Positions 26,403 to 36,158 of a stretch of 64,000 nt of DNA are shown in pieces. Position 1 is the stretch's first letter; each line of letters begins with the position of its first letter. The position numbers and the translations under genes are program-made. Source of the stretch: a virus; the IMG/VR virus record IMGVR_UViG_3300050343_000218. One strand, given 5' to 3'. A model generated the notes under the pieces. It saw only the letters and a list, made by a program, of their open reading frames with translations, ran no database searches and was not told the origin of the DNA.

Positions 26403-26758
26403 AGTTGATCCAATTCCTCTAAAGTATATGTATCAATATAAGGATCGTCTAATTCTGCAGGCAATTGATTTATGTACTTAAGAAAAGACTTTAGTATTTG
26501 CCAATTAGACTTGTCTATCTTATGGAATAGCATAAGAGTAGAAGCTTCACCAAAAATATTGTAGATAACAATAATATGATTAAGAATGAGATGAACCTTT
26601 AGTTCACCTGTCTTCTCATAACGTTTAAACAATCTCTTGATATATTTAAAACGTTTTAAATCCTCAAGGAAGTCCTCGTAAGTTATTCCTTGAGGATTGT
26701 TGTAGTTTTTTGAGGCAAAGAGAAGAAAGTTTTCATCATTTAAATAGTCAAATCTCAT
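26399..26758 (-). CDS. Conserved T4-like hypothetical protein
   Basis: LNDENFLLFA..Y.NP..F.EDLKRFKYIKRL. Confidence 0.75.
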   Translation of the reverse strand: MRFDYLNDENFLLFASKNYNNPQGITYEDFLEDLKRFKYIKRLFKRYEKTGELKVHLILNHIIVIYNIFGEASTLMLFHKIDKSNWQILKSFLKYINQLPAELDDPYIDTYTLEELDQL

Positions 26759-26768
26759 TCTCTAACCA

Positions 26769-27347
26769 TTACGCAGTGGTGATAGCAGCTGTGTCAGAAA
26801 CCAATTCAGGAGCACCGTTAGTAGAGTTAATCTTCACACGGTATGTGCCAGCATTGGTTGCTGCATAGGTTCCAACAGTATACGTTGCAGCAGTTGCACC
26901 AGCAACGTTAGCGAAACGATTGCCAGACTTCTTCTGCCACTGATAGGTGAGGAGTGAAGCATCACCAGGAGGTGTACCAGTAGCGGTGACTGCGAGAGAC
27001 ATAGCAGCGCCCACAGCTACAGCAGCGTCAGCAGGTTGTGAACTGATAGCAATTGCTGCAGCAACGTCAGCAGCGATTGAATCATCTGCCTGAGTCTCCG
27101 AAGCGTTAGCCTCAGGGTCTTGGATATTCACCAAGCACTCTGACTTGTGACGTGTGTTTCCAGCAGCGTCTGTATAAGTCTGATACGACCACCAACCAGG
27201 AGAAACCAAACCGCGATTACGATTAGCGGCAAGTGCTGCTTCAGTGGCATCGATAAACACAACAGTAGCACCACTAGTATCAGCAACCAGAGTTGCTTCT
27301 ACCGCAGTTTTTGCTGCATTGCTGTCTTCAGCTTTGTAGAGGGACAT
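26769..27347 (-). CDS. Virion protein with C-terminal Ig-like domain
   Basis: PGWWSY..RHKSECLV N-module; SSQP..YQWQK..GATAATY..AGTYRVKI Ig pattern. Confidence 0.7.
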   Translation of the reverse strand: MSLYKAEDSNAAKTAVEATLVADTSGATVVFIDATEAALAANRNRGLVSPGWWSYQTYTDAAGNTRHKSECLVNIQDPEANASETQADDSIAADVAAAIAISSQPADAAVAVGAAMSLAVTATGTPPGDASLLTYQWQKKSGNRFANVAGATAATYTVGTYAATNAGTYRVKINSTNGAPELVSDTAAITTA

Positions 27348-27368
27348 CGTACTAAATCTGTTTAAAAG

Positions 27369-27376
27369 TATTTATA
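27369..27376 (-). promoter_or_regulatory. T4-type late promoter
   Basis: Exact TATAAATA. Confidence 0.75.
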
Positions 27377-27378
27377 AA

Positions 27379-27969
27379 TCAGGATGATGGTGGAAGACCA
27401 TTAATGGTTTCACGGGTCACGGAGAATTCTTCCTTACCCTTCTCATCAGGGACTCCTAAAAGAATACCTCTAGTTTTGTGAGTCTGTTTCCTGAGACCTT
27501 GTGCGTGCTGTTCGCGCAGCAGTGCGTTCTGAGTATCAATCTCAGCAGCAGTCATATGTTCGATCCACTCACCTGTGTTAACAAGTGCCTTAGCTTGTGC
27601 TGGAACGATGCAATCCTGAGGGTTATCGACAACGAATTTGACATCCATATCGCCAGTGAATCCACTGCCGTTTCCTGCCATAGCCATCTCGACATCCATC
27701 AAGACTCCTTTAGAAGACATAACCACACGGAAAGATGCACCGTTATGATTGATGTCATCACCATTGGCGTCTACTAATTGAACTCTAACATTAGCACCTT
27801 TCTTGTATCTACCTTTTTCGTAGACACGAACTGTGTCAATGGTTCCTAGAATGTCAGGATTGCCCTGAAAGTATTTGATGGTACCGTCGGCTTGAGGAAG
27901 AGCAGTGATAATACCCTGCTCCTCTCTCTCAACGAATTGCGGTTTCCAATTGTTTGCGTCAACGCCCAT
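27379..27969 (-). CDS. Hypothetical late protein
   Basis: 196 aa, downstream of TATAAATA. Confidence 0.6.
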   Translation of the reverse strand: MGVDANNWKPQFVEREEQGIITALPQADGTIKYFQGNPDILGTIDTVRVYEKGRYKKGANVRVQLVDANGDDINHNGASFRVVMSSKGVLMDVEMAMAGNGSGFTGDMDVKFVVDNPQDCIVPAQAKALVNTGEWIEHMTAAEIDTQNALLREQHAQGLRKQTHKTRGILLGVPDEKGKEEFSVTRETINGLPPSS

Positions 27970-27998
27970 TGGTTTTGATAAAAACTACAGTCTTGAGT

Positions 27999-28006
27999 TA
28001 TTTATA
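27999..28006 (-). promoter_or_regulatory. T4-type late promoter
   Basis: Exact TATAAATA. Confidence 0.75.
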
Positions 28007-28018
28007 AAAAGTATAGAA

Positions 28019-28219
28019 CTACTCTTCGCGAGCAGCAATTGCTTTCGTGACAACCTCAAGAAGTTGGTCATCCATCTCAGTCTTGGTCAACTTAACTGCC
28101 TTAGAAAGAATAACAAGACAGATCTCAACCATTTTCTCACCGAGTTCTTCATTCTCAGGAATGTTTGAAACGGCATCTTTGATAATTTTCGATGCTAGTG
28201 GGAGTAGGAATGCAAGCAT
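28019..28219 (-). CDS. Small amphipathic hypothetical protein
   Basis: MLAFLLPLASKII...AVKLTKTEMDDQLL. Confidence 0.65.
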   Translation of the reverse strand: MLAFLLPLASKIIKDAVSNIPENEELGEKMVEICLVILSKAVKLTKTEMDDQLLEVVTKAIAAREE

Positions 28220-28242
28220 TTTAATAAAGTTATAAGGCTCTA

Positions 28243-28731
28243 TTATTTAGACTTCTTTTTGCCCATTGCCTTAGCAATTGCAGAACGTCTGTTCTTCAAA
28301 TACTTGTCAGACTTATCCACGTCGCCATCATTGTCAACGTCAGAGTCTTCTTTACCTACGGGATCAAGCTTCTTCTCTTTGATCTCTTCACCAGTGGGTT
28401 CAAATCCTGCTTTGACACAGTTGTTGACTTCCTTACCACCTTTCTTTTTGGTGCCCTTCTTCTTATAACCTTTCCAGCAAGAGGTGTTGCCGTTGTCATC
28501 AACGCCGTCCATCTTGACTTCGACAAGATCATACTCCTCGCCGTCAATCTCAAGAGAGTACTCGCTACCAACACTTTCCTTCTTGACTTTCTTCTTCTTT
28601 AGTTTTACTTCTTTAGGATCATCGGAGTCTGCCTTGATTTCAGGCATCACTTCGATTTCTGATGTCTCTTCAAAGTGCTGAACGTTCCAGTGCTCAAGCG
28701 CTTCTTCAAGGAATTTCTTGAAAGGCTTCAT
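28243..28731 (-). CDS. Probable internal head protein
   Basis: MKPFKKFLEE N-terminus; CWKGY..NNCVK; DVDNDGDVD. Confidence 0.55.
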   Translation of the reverse strand: MKPFKKFLEEALEHWNVQHFEETSEIEVMPEIKADSDDPKEVKLKKKKVKKESVGSEYSLEIDGEEYDLVEVKMDGVDDNGNTSCWKGYKKKGTKKKGGKEVNNCVKAGFEPTGEEIKEKKLDPVGKEDSDVDNDGDVDKSDKYLKNRRSAIAKAMGKKKSK

Positions 28732-28750
28732 CTTACTAAGTAATTTTAAT

Positions 28751-28758
28751 TATTTATA
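28751..28758 (-). promoter_or_regulatory. T4-type late promoter
   Basis: Exact TATAAATA. Confidence 0.75.
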
Positions 28759-28987
28759 AAACAGAATGTTCTCTTAGATCCTTGACCCAGGATCTAAATA
28801 TTTTATTGTTCTCACCCAGTGCAATAACATAGTTTGGACCACGACGGATCACTTTACCCGTCTTACCATTAGAAATGTGCTGAACCCAATCTCCTTCGGA
28901 GAATATAAGGTCTTTTCTGTAGTCCTCCTGAACGTCTTTTTCAAATCTTTCGGTGATAGATTTTCTAAATTGACGAAAAGATTTCAT
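28754..28987 (-). CDS. Small SH3/KOW-like protein
   Basis: MKSFRQF...IFSEGDWV...GKVIRRGPNYVI; start reassigned to 28987. Confidence 0.55.
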   Translation of the reverse strand: MKSFRQFRKSITERFEKDVQEDYRKDLIFSEGDWVQHISNGKTGKVIRRGPNYVIALGENNKIFRSWVKDLREHSVL

Positions 28988-28988
28988 A

Positions 28989-29561
28989 CTAGCAGTTCCA
29001 CTTTCTAAGAGATTTTGACAAACGGTCATCACCCGTGTTGTTGGATGATTTCTGTCTCTTTCTCATACCTTTCATTCTAGCACAGAAGGATGCCCTACGG
29101 GGATTTCCAACCTTTTTTGATGGTGCCTTAAGGTCTGATCCAGGATTTTCTCTCTCGTAAGACTTGCGTCCTTTTTCGTTGAGTCCTCCTTCTTTGTTCT
29201 TACCTGACTTCTTTGTCCAGGCAGCTCCTTCATCCAGTCCCAGTTCCCTTCGCTTTTCAGCAAGATCGGGGTGAGGGGCGTACAAAGGTCCTTCATAATT
29301 TCCAGCGAATTTTGTTTTTGGTTCTCCATCTACAGTCGATTGTTCGGACACTATACCAGCGTCAACTGCAGCAGCTTCTTTCTCTGAGTCGGAAGCGTCT
29401 GTTACGGAATACTTGTCCCATCCTGCTGAACCGTATCCACACACAGATCGCTTCTCACGCTTACCGCAAAGGCGACAATATCTTTCCTCGTTTTTGCCGC
29501 CTTTACCACAGCTCTCAAGTACAGCTTCAGTGAGCGTTTTAAATTCGTTTAAACTTTTCAT
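28989..29561 (-). CDS. Hypothetical protein (DUF6321-like), probable internal head protein
   Basis: GGLNEKGRKSY..SDLKAP..RRASFCARM..SLRKWNC. Confidence 0.6.
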   Translation of the reverse strand: MKSLNEFKTLTEAVLESCGKGGKNEERYCRLCGKREKRSVCGYGSAGWDKYSVTDASDSEKEAAAVDAGIVSEQSTVDGEPKTKFAGNYEGPLYAPHPDLAEKRRELGLDEGAAWTKKSGKNKEGGLNEKGRKSYERENPGSDLKAPSKKVGNPRRASFCARMKGMRKRQKSSNNTGDDRLSKSLRKWNC

Positions 29562-30127
29562 TTAAAGTTTGATGGTAAGGCGTCAGCAATTTCTTTCATT
29601 AACTTTTGGCATTCAGTGTCACTAAGGGCACGAGGAATACCTTCTCGAAAGGTTGCAAAGTCACCAGCAAATGCTGCTCTTCGCATTTTAGTACCAGAGA
29701 TGGCAAACGTATCTCCGTCTGCATCACGGTTACCTGAGGAAACCACATCGAGTTTACGGAAGAAATATTCCTTCCCGTTATATTTATGTATGAATTTGAA
29801 AGCATCTACTCTATCCGACCCAACCACAAGAGTAGCATCATCATATCCAGCTGCTTGAATTTCTTGCAAGCACTCAATCACATCTTTCTTAGCACCTGTA
29901 ATGTTACTGGCATATAACCTGAACATTTTTTTCATCCACGATACTTTATTTTCTGGGCGTAATGGATTTTTACCTTTGCTATCGTGAGAACGAGAAGTAT
30001 AAATCCTCCAATCGCAGCTGCCAGCAGCATTTTTAACTCCTTTGATATTTTCTTCGTGACCTGTAGTGGGTGGTTGAAACCTACCGAAGGTAAAGTAACA
30101 ACACTTGTAAATATGATCTACCGCCAT
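29558..30127 (-). CDS. Cytidylyltransferase-superfamily nucleotidyltransferase
   Basis: FGRFQPPTTGH, VVGSDR, ISGTKMR. Confidence 0.85.
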   Translation of the reverse strand: MAVDHIYKCCYFTFGRFQPPTTGHEENIKGVKNAAGSCDWRIYTSRSHDSKGKNPLRPENKVSWMKKMFRLYASNITGAKKDVIECLQEIQAAGYDDATLVVGSDRVDAFKFIHKYNGKEYFFRKLDVVSSGNRDADGDTFAISGTKMRRAAFAGDFATFREGIPRALSDTECQKLMKEIADALPSNFK

Positions 30128-31323
30128 TGCTTTTGTATAGTGAAGTTATTGTATGCAAACTCAATTCGATTGACCAACTTAATCATATCACCATTCTGAT
30201 GTAGAACATATCCTTCAGGGGTAGTGACCTTATAACCGTTGTCAGTCTGAACGAATGTTCTGAATTGTTCTAGGTGATCTAGTTTATCTATAACAAATTT
30301 CTTTGCTATCTGCATCTCTTTGTAGAGTGCCAGCATAGCTTTAAACTTTCTTTCGTTGTGATCAAGGAACTGTTCACTCTCATATACAAGCTGACGTTTC
30401 TTAGTTAGGTTTGCTTGCGTCTTAATCTTAGCCAACTCTTTCTTTGTCTTCTCGTGATAAAAAATAATCAAATTATCAAGTGCTCTTCTGACATTTTGAA
30501 CCTCTCTACCTTCACGAATCTCATTATTAAAATACTGCTTTAAGTAAGAAGCAACGTGAAATTTTTTATCTCCTGTAGTGCCTATATTAGAAACCACAAG
30601 GTTTAAAAAATCTCCACATAAATCACACATCTTCTCAATTTTTTTAATGTGATTATGAAATTTAACAATCTCGTTACTACTTAAGGTAACACTGTTGATA
30701 GGAGTATCATTAGAAATAACTAGTACCTCTGGCACCTTTACAAAGGTATTGATAGGAGCACCAGCACGAGCTTGCATTGACTGGAAGTCATCACCAGTAT
30801 AGTGAGTATGAAAAACTACACCGATCTTCGATACCTTTGCTGCTCTACCAATAGGATGATCTATTGGAATGCCATAAGTGATAGTGTTAGGTCTAAAGGT
30901 ATAAAGTTTCTCTCCATCTACAGTCTCTGTATCAAGTGTGCTGCTGGTGTATAACAAGTCACCTTGTACAATACCAGGGATATTAAGCTTACTAAAATAT
31001 GCCAGTGAGAACTTAAGTTTCTCTGCCAGGTCACCCTCGTAATACATATCCACATCTATATCGCTGTAACAAGCTTTAGGTGTCTTGGCAAATACAGACT
31101 TAGTACCCACGAAAAACATACCATTTTGAGGATTCTTTCCGCAGATGATAGAGGGAGCGCCATCCCATTTGGTCTGCATAAATCCATCCGACTTAGACTT
31201 TTTACCCAGCATTGCTAACAGTTCTTCAAGAAATGATACTGCTGCCATACATCCATCGACGCCGTAGTTCAGCATCTCATCTTCAAGATGCTCCAGGTGC
31301 TTAAGCTGTTTTACATTTGCCAT
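30118..31323 (-). CDS. Conserved T4-like protein with KxDG motif (DUF6267-like)
   Basis: HLEHLED, KWDGAP, QGDLLY, EGYV, KLVNRIEF. Confidence 0.7.
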   Translation of the reverse strand: MANVKQLKHLEHLEDEMLNYGVDGCMAAVSFLEELLAMLGKKSKSDGFMQTKWDGAPSIICGKNPQNGMFFVGTKSVFAKTPKACYSDIDVDMYYEGDLAEKLKFSLAYFSKLNIPGIVQGDLLYTSSTLDTETVDGEKLYTFRPNTITYGIPIDHPIGRAAKVSKIGVVFHTHYTGDDFQSMQARAGAPINTFVKVPEVLVISNDTPINSVTLSSNEIVKFHNHIKKIEKMCDLCGDFLNLVVSNIGTTGDKKFHVASYLKQYFNNEIREGREVQNVRRALDNLIIFYHEKTKKELAKIKTQANLTKKRQLVYESEQFLDHNERKFKAMLALYKEMQIAKKFVIDKLDHLEQFRTFVQTDNGYKVTTPEGYVLHQNGDMIKLVNRIEFAYNNFTIQKQWR

Positions 31324-32465
31324 TAGTCGTCGTAACCTTCGTCTGATGTACTGAACAATAGTTCATCTTTAAACTTATACGCTGACTGCAATTTGTCTGG
31401 CCAAGGTAAACTGCTACCAGATGTATCACGAATATTAAATTTCAACTCCATAACTGGTGTCTTCACTGTAATATCAACACGTTGACCAGTACCAGTTTTA
31501 CCTCCATAATGAACTATGACAGATGTAATGTTAGTTGCATCATCACATTTCTGTTTAGTCATAGGAAAGCTTTTTATCTTTCCACCAGTCTGCAAATGAG
31601 TATAGTGGTATCCATACCCTATAGATCCTCGGATCATACTTTGCAGTAGTCCTCTATTATACGTAGGGTTTGTAACGTTACCGCCACTGACTACTTCACC
31701 CGCAAGAGCTTCTTGAAATATCTTACAAAGTCTTTGATTATCTATACCAAACGTTTCAAGAACTTTCAATCCAACTTGATTGGTAATTTTTCCCACAGAC
31801 AATTCACTCTGAGGAAATATTTTTTTCATACCTAAGTTGGACATCGTTGTTGTCCCACCTTTCTTTAGAGAAAGATAAATTTCCTGATCCGCTTTCCCTT
31901 TACATTTAGTTTTCAAGGTCAAGTCAGTGACAATAGAACCAATGTCATAATTGGTTGCTGTAGCATCACCAACTTTCCAACTAGTACCAGAAAATACTAA
32001 TGGTCTTTTCTTGTTCAACTCACCTTCAGAAACAAGAACAAACTGACAGTCATTTAAATCATACGTCTTAACAAGATCTTCAATAAAAGCTTTGTATGGA
32101 TTGTTAGTATATTCATTAGTCTCAATCCAATCATTTAAACCATTCTCCAACTGCTTCTCAAACAAGTTGCCTGTGTTTGATGCACCACGATTACCTCTGC
32201 TACCATCGCCTGCAGTAAATTTAAGATTACTTATCTTTAACTTCGTCTTCAATTGCGCTTCTGTAAACTGTCCTTTCAATGCACGTGCATACTTAACATC
32301 ATTCTTCCTGTCAGAAGCGAAAGCAAGTGGATCGGGAAGCAGTTTCCCATACTCAGTCACTAGATAATTCCACAGTCGTGTCGCCTCAATAGCGGACTGC
32401 GGATTCATATGGGACACAGCTGCGCTGAGTTCCTTATAATCTTTAGGGATGACGTTGTATGCCAT
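31323..32465 (-). CDS. Hypothetical protein, possible PD-(D/E)XK nuclease
   Basis: GNLFEKQL...VTDLTL...IYLSLK. Confidence 0.5.
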   Translation of the reverse strand: MAYNVIPKDYKELSAAVSHMNPQSAIEATRLWNYLVTEYGKLLPDPLAFASDRKNDVKYARALKGQFTEAQLKTKLKISNLKFTAGDGSRGNRGASNTGNLFEKQLENGLNDWIETNEYTNNPYKAFIEDLVKTYDLNDCQFVLVSEGELNKKRPLVFSGTSWKVGDATATNYDIGSIVTDLTLKTKCKGKADQEIYLSLKKGGTTTMSNLGMKKIFPQSELSVGKITNQVGLKVLETFGIDNQRLCKIFQEALAGEVVSGGNVTNPTYNRGLLQSMIRGSIGYGYHYTHLQTGGKIKSFPMTKQKCDDATNITSVIVHYGGKTGTGQRVDITVKTPVMELKFNIRDTSGSSLPWPDKLQSAYKFKDELLFSTSDEGYDD

Positions 32466-32500
32466 AAAAAAAGACCCTCCGATGTATTTATCAGAAGGTC
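32466..32500 (-). terminator. Terminator hairpin containing a late-like ATAAATA
   Basis: 11-bp stem GACCTTCTGAT/ATCGGAGGGTC plus T7. Confidence 0.65.
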
Positions 32501-32509
32501 TTTAGTCTA

Positions 32510-33181
32510 TCAGAGGTGCCCGTTGTTTTCAAGCCATTCTCGGGTCATCGGGGTCAGTTCATAATCTGACCACATCGTACCAGCAGCGCAAGACTCAAGT
32601 GCATTTTGTGTCATACTCTCAGTTCGTGCTGCCCAAAACGCTTCCTTCTCCCAAGGAATAGCACTAGGTTGACTTCTGTAGGTATCTTTAGCCATATCTT
32701 GCCAGATCTGAGGAACGTCTTCCTCATTATGAATGATACCAATAAAGTTATTATTGATACCACCTGCCATACAATCCTGTGCAGCGTGCCATCCTTCGTG
32801 ACGGACAACACTCATCAACACTCCAGGACGATGAACATATCTTTTGTTAAGATAGAAGTGATTGCTAACAGTATGATAGACACCACGATGTCCTACTGGA
32901 AAATACTTTTCATCAGCAAGATACACATTAACTCCAACCTGTCCGAATGCAACCATAATTTGATTGAACTCAGCTGAAACAAGGTCCCAATTAGAATCAG
33001 GATATGCTGAACGAAGATCACCAGAACTATGAATTTGATCAATGCCTTCAGTGCATTCTTTCAAAAGCATACATCCCATAGCATCCATCGAGAAGTATCC
33101 CTTGGTAGGTTTAGCGATTACTGGTGACAGCAATGCAGCTGACAGACCTAGAAGGGTGCTAAGAATAATAGCGCGTTTCAT
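32510..33181 (-). CDS. Secreted zincin-like protein
   Basis: Signal peptide; VVRHEGWHAAQ (HExxH); downstream WEKEA. Confidence 0.65.
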   Translation of the reverse strand: MKRAIILSTLLGLSAALLSPVIAKPTKGYFSMDAMGCMLLKECTEGIDQIHSSGDLRSAYPDSNWDLVSAEFNQIMVAFGQVGVNVYLADEKYFPVGHRGVYHTVSNHFYLNKRYVHRPGVLMSVVRHEGWHAAQDCMAGGINNNFIGIIHNEEDVPQIWQDMAKDTYRSQPSAIPWEKEAFWAARTESMTQNALESCAAGTMWSDYELTPMTREWLENNGHL

Positions 33182-33354
33182 TTTTTGTCCTCGTAATAAA
33201 GATCTAGTTTAGAGTCAAGTTGTCCAATCACTTCGCGAAGTTTTTTGATGCGATAGGGGCAACAGGTTTCATCTGTTGTATAGTCTCTCTGCTCACGAAT
33301 TAGTGCTTGCAGAATTGATACCGCCATTTCAGGGGTAAGTTCTAATTCAATCAT
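33178..33354 (-). CDS. Small hypothetical protein, 58 aa
   Basis: Hand-translated MIELELTPEMAVSILQALIREQ...; coupled to both neighbours. Confidence 0.55.
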   Translation of the reverse strand: MIELELTPEMAVSILQALIREQRDYTTDETCCPYRIKKLREVIGQLDSKLDLYYEDKK

Positions 33355-33776
33355 CAGATGTCATCCGTCTTACGATTCTCGGAACGATAGATATCAAACG
33401 AACCTTCTGGATATCGGGAAAGAAGTTTGACCATATTCTGTGTCAGGATGTGATCCAGAGTTACGTCAAGACAAATACAAGCTTGAGTGACATACCACAT
33501 CACATCTCCCAACTCCTTAACCATATGAAGTTTATTATCGTTGGTAAGTTCTTTACCTTGGAAAGCAACCTTCTTAACGATCTCAGTAAACTCCCCACCT
33601 TCAGCACTGATACCTACAGCAGCAGTTAGAAGACGAGCGATAGGCACACCCTGTTCTTGCAAATCTTGAATGCGACGAATAAACTCGTCATCATTCTTAG
33701 AGGGAATACTTGTAACTTCGTTTACAAACTGAGCATACTTAATGAAATCAACTTCTTGATTGTCGGGGGTTTTCAT
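33354..33776 (-). CDS. mazG: MazG-like NTP pyrophosphohydrolase
   Basis: AEGGEFTEIVKK, KELGDVMWY, KLLSRYP. Confidence 0.92.
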   Translation of the reverse strand: MKTPDNQEVDFIKYAQFVNEVTSIPSKNDDEFIRRIQDLQEQGVPIARLLTAAVGISAEGGEFTEIVKKVAFQGKELTNDNKLHMVKELGDVMWYVTQACICLDVTLDHILTQNMVKLLSRYPEGSFDIYRSENRKTDDI

Positions 33777-35152
33777 ACTACAAAATCGGAAAATTTGGAT
33801 TGAGATTCCTTAGAGAAATCTGGTTGGAAATTTGTCGTGTTGGCAACAGCCTCAGAGTCTTGTTCCTGCTGCACATCATACAGCTTCATCTTCGCTCTGT
33901 CAATACCTATGGTGAATCTTTTGAAGATGGTCGGGTCATTGTATCTGTTCTTGAGTTGCTTGACCATAATCTGGTTCTGCGCCTCAAGTTCTTCAGTAGA
34001 GATAAGAGCAAACATAAGATCCGCAGTGGCAGGTAGACCAAATGACTCAGAGGTGTCGGTAAGATCAACGTCAGAATTGCCATACCCAGACCTAGTAGTC
34101 TGAGTAGCAGATACAATTGGTAAATTAAACTCGACAGCAAGACCCCGAAGCTCTTCTGCAATTGCTTTAACATACGTATAAGAATTGACAATTGCGCCTT
34201 TATACCTAGAGGATGCGCAGATATTTAGATAGTCAATAAAGATAATATCTGGACTGAAGGATTTTTTTAATGCTAGTTCACTGAGAAGTGCACGAAAATG
34301 CCCAACGTGAGCAGAAGCTGTAGGATACTCTTTGATAATAAACTTACCTTCTGTCTTACGTGACAGGTCAGCAACCTTAGTTTCAAATAGCATCCTAGGC
34401 AATTCAGCAATGTCTTTGATGTTTACATTGAGAAGATTAGCATCAATACGTTCAGCAATTTTCTCCTCTGACATCTCCATCGTGATGTACAAGACGTTCA
34501 GACCCATCGTCAAGCAACCAGCTGCTTGATGGCACATAAACAGACTCTTGCCCACTCCTGTACCTGCCAGAGCAACGTTCAAAGACTTGTTAACCAGTCC
34601 ACCCTTGGTGATCTTATTGAAGAAGTCCAAGTCAAAAGGAATTCGATCCTCATTCTTGGTATAGAAATCAAAACGTTCTTCATAATCTTCCAGGTAGTCG
34701 TGACCAATATGATCATCGAAAGAAACAGACAAAGCTTCCTTCAGAATGTCAGGGATAGAATCTCGCGACTTCTGTTCATCCTTGCCATCAGCAAGTTTAA
34801 TGGACTGCATCAATGCCAAATAGATGGCACGATCCTTACACCACTTCTCCGTGGCATCCAACAACCAGTCCTTTGTTGGATCTTCTACTACATCCTGGAA
34901 AGACTTACAGACACTTCGGACTTCACCAAACGTCTGATCAGAAACATCGTCCCGTCCTTCGACTTCAATAAGAACAACCTCTGTGGTCGGGAGACGGTCA
35001 TACTTATCAGCGAACTTTCTGATCTCTTCAAAAATGATCTTTTCGTTAAGTTCTTCATAATATTCAGATTTAATAAATGGTAAGACCTTACGAAAGTAGT
35101 CATCATTTCTGAAGAGATTTCGTAAGATCGTTTGTTCAATGCGTTCATTCAC
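33773..35152 (-). CDS. gp41: Replicative helicase
   Basis: [31 protein letters not shown]; GTG start at 35152. Confidence 0.97.
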   Translation of the reverse strand: MNERIEQTILRNLFRNDDYFRKVLPFIKSEYYEELNEKIIFEEIRKFADKYDRLPTTEVVLIEVEGRDDVSDQTFGEVRSVCKSFQDVVEDPTKDWLLDATEKWCKDRAIYLALMQSIKLADGKDEQKSRDSIPDILKEALSVSFDDHIGHDYLEDYEERFDFYTKNEDRIPFDLDFFNKITKGGLVNKSLNVALAGTGVGKSLFMCHQAAGCLTMGLNVLYITMEMSEEKIAERIDANLLNVNIKDIAELPRMLFETKVADLSRKTEGKFIIKEYPTASAHVGHFRALLSELALKKSFSPDIIFIDYLNICASSRYKGAIVNSYTYVKAIAEELRGLAVEFNLPIVSATQTTRSGYGNSDVDLTDTSESFGLPATADLMFALISTEELEAQNQIMVKQLKNRYNDPTIFKRFTIGIDRAKMKLYDVQQEQDSEAVANTTNFQPDFSKESQSKFSDFVV

Positions 35153-36158
35153 CGTATTTAAACTCCTTTGCAGCTGCTTCATCCAGAGCTTGCATCACTT
35201 CATCGGTGAAATACTTTTCGGGTTCTGCAAGGATCTGTTTAGGATAAAGAGACTTGTCTCCAATCTTGTAACGATTACCCACTCGCTCAAAGACTCCATA
35301 CTCATCGCCAAGTTCTAGCAATCCAAAGTAACGGTCAAGTCCACGCTCGTCATAAAATAGGCGTGTCTTCACTTTACTATTTTCTTTCGTGAATCTAGAC
35401 TTTTTATTTGTAGCGGTGATAATGTTACCGACAACCTCAGTACCGTCTTTCTCTTTCGCCTTCGACAAGAAGACAATGTTGGAAGCTGCATACTTAAGTC
35501 CTGTACCGCCGCCCATTTCTTTTGTTGGAACATAAGCACCAACAACTTCATAAGTGTGATTGGTAACAATCAAAGGAATGTTTGCTCTACCAAGATTAAG
35601 AGTCAACACTCGGAAGATGGATTTGATGACCTGTGCTCTAGTCATATCACGGGTCTCTTTTCCTGCTGCAGAATCTTCCATCTCTTTAGATGTAGAAAGA
35701 TTGCCTAGACTATCCAGGACCATAAGCAGGGGAGGACGATCAGCTTCTTTAATCTTTTCGTACTCGCTAACAATTTTCATAGCTTGTGTACGAAATTCCT
35801 GCACAGTGACGACAGGAACTAGTCCCACACGATCAGTATCGATCGCACGGTCTGACATCATATCTTTGGAGATAGCAGATTCAGACTCAAAATAAATGAC
35901 ATTACCTGTAGGATTAGCGTTAAGGAAAGACCGAACGATACTAAGAGCAAAAAAAGTTTTTCCAGTGCTTGATTCTCCTGCAAGAGCGGTGACTTTGTTT
36001 GAAGGAATACCTCCAAAGACCGAACCACTAACAAGGGCATTGAAAATATAAGAGCCAGTGTCAACCCAACCAGCAAGGTCACCTGAAGTAACCCCGTCGC
36101 TAACAACTGAAGCATACTCATTACCAATTTCCTTGATAACGCTATTCAAAAACGACAT
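35145..36158 (-). CDS. uvsX: RecA-like recombinase
   Basis: [22 protein letters not shown]. Confidence 0.96.
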   Translation of the reverse strand: MSFLNSVIKEIGNEYASVVSDGVTSGDLAGWVDTGSYIFNALVSGSVFGGIPSNKVTALAGESSTGKTFFALSIVRSFLNANPTGNVIYFESESAISKDMMSDRAIDTDRVGLVPVVTVQEFRTQAMKIVSEYEKIKEADRPPLLMVLDSLGNLSTSKEMEDSAAGKETRDMTRAQVIKSIFRVLTLNLGRANIPLIVTNHTYEVVGAYVPTKEMGGGTGLKYAASNIVFLSKAKEKDGTEVVGNIITATNKKSRFTKENSKVKTRLFYDERGLDRYFGLLELGDEYGVFERVGNRYKIGDKSLYPKQILAEPEKYFTDEVMQALDEAAAKEFKYGE

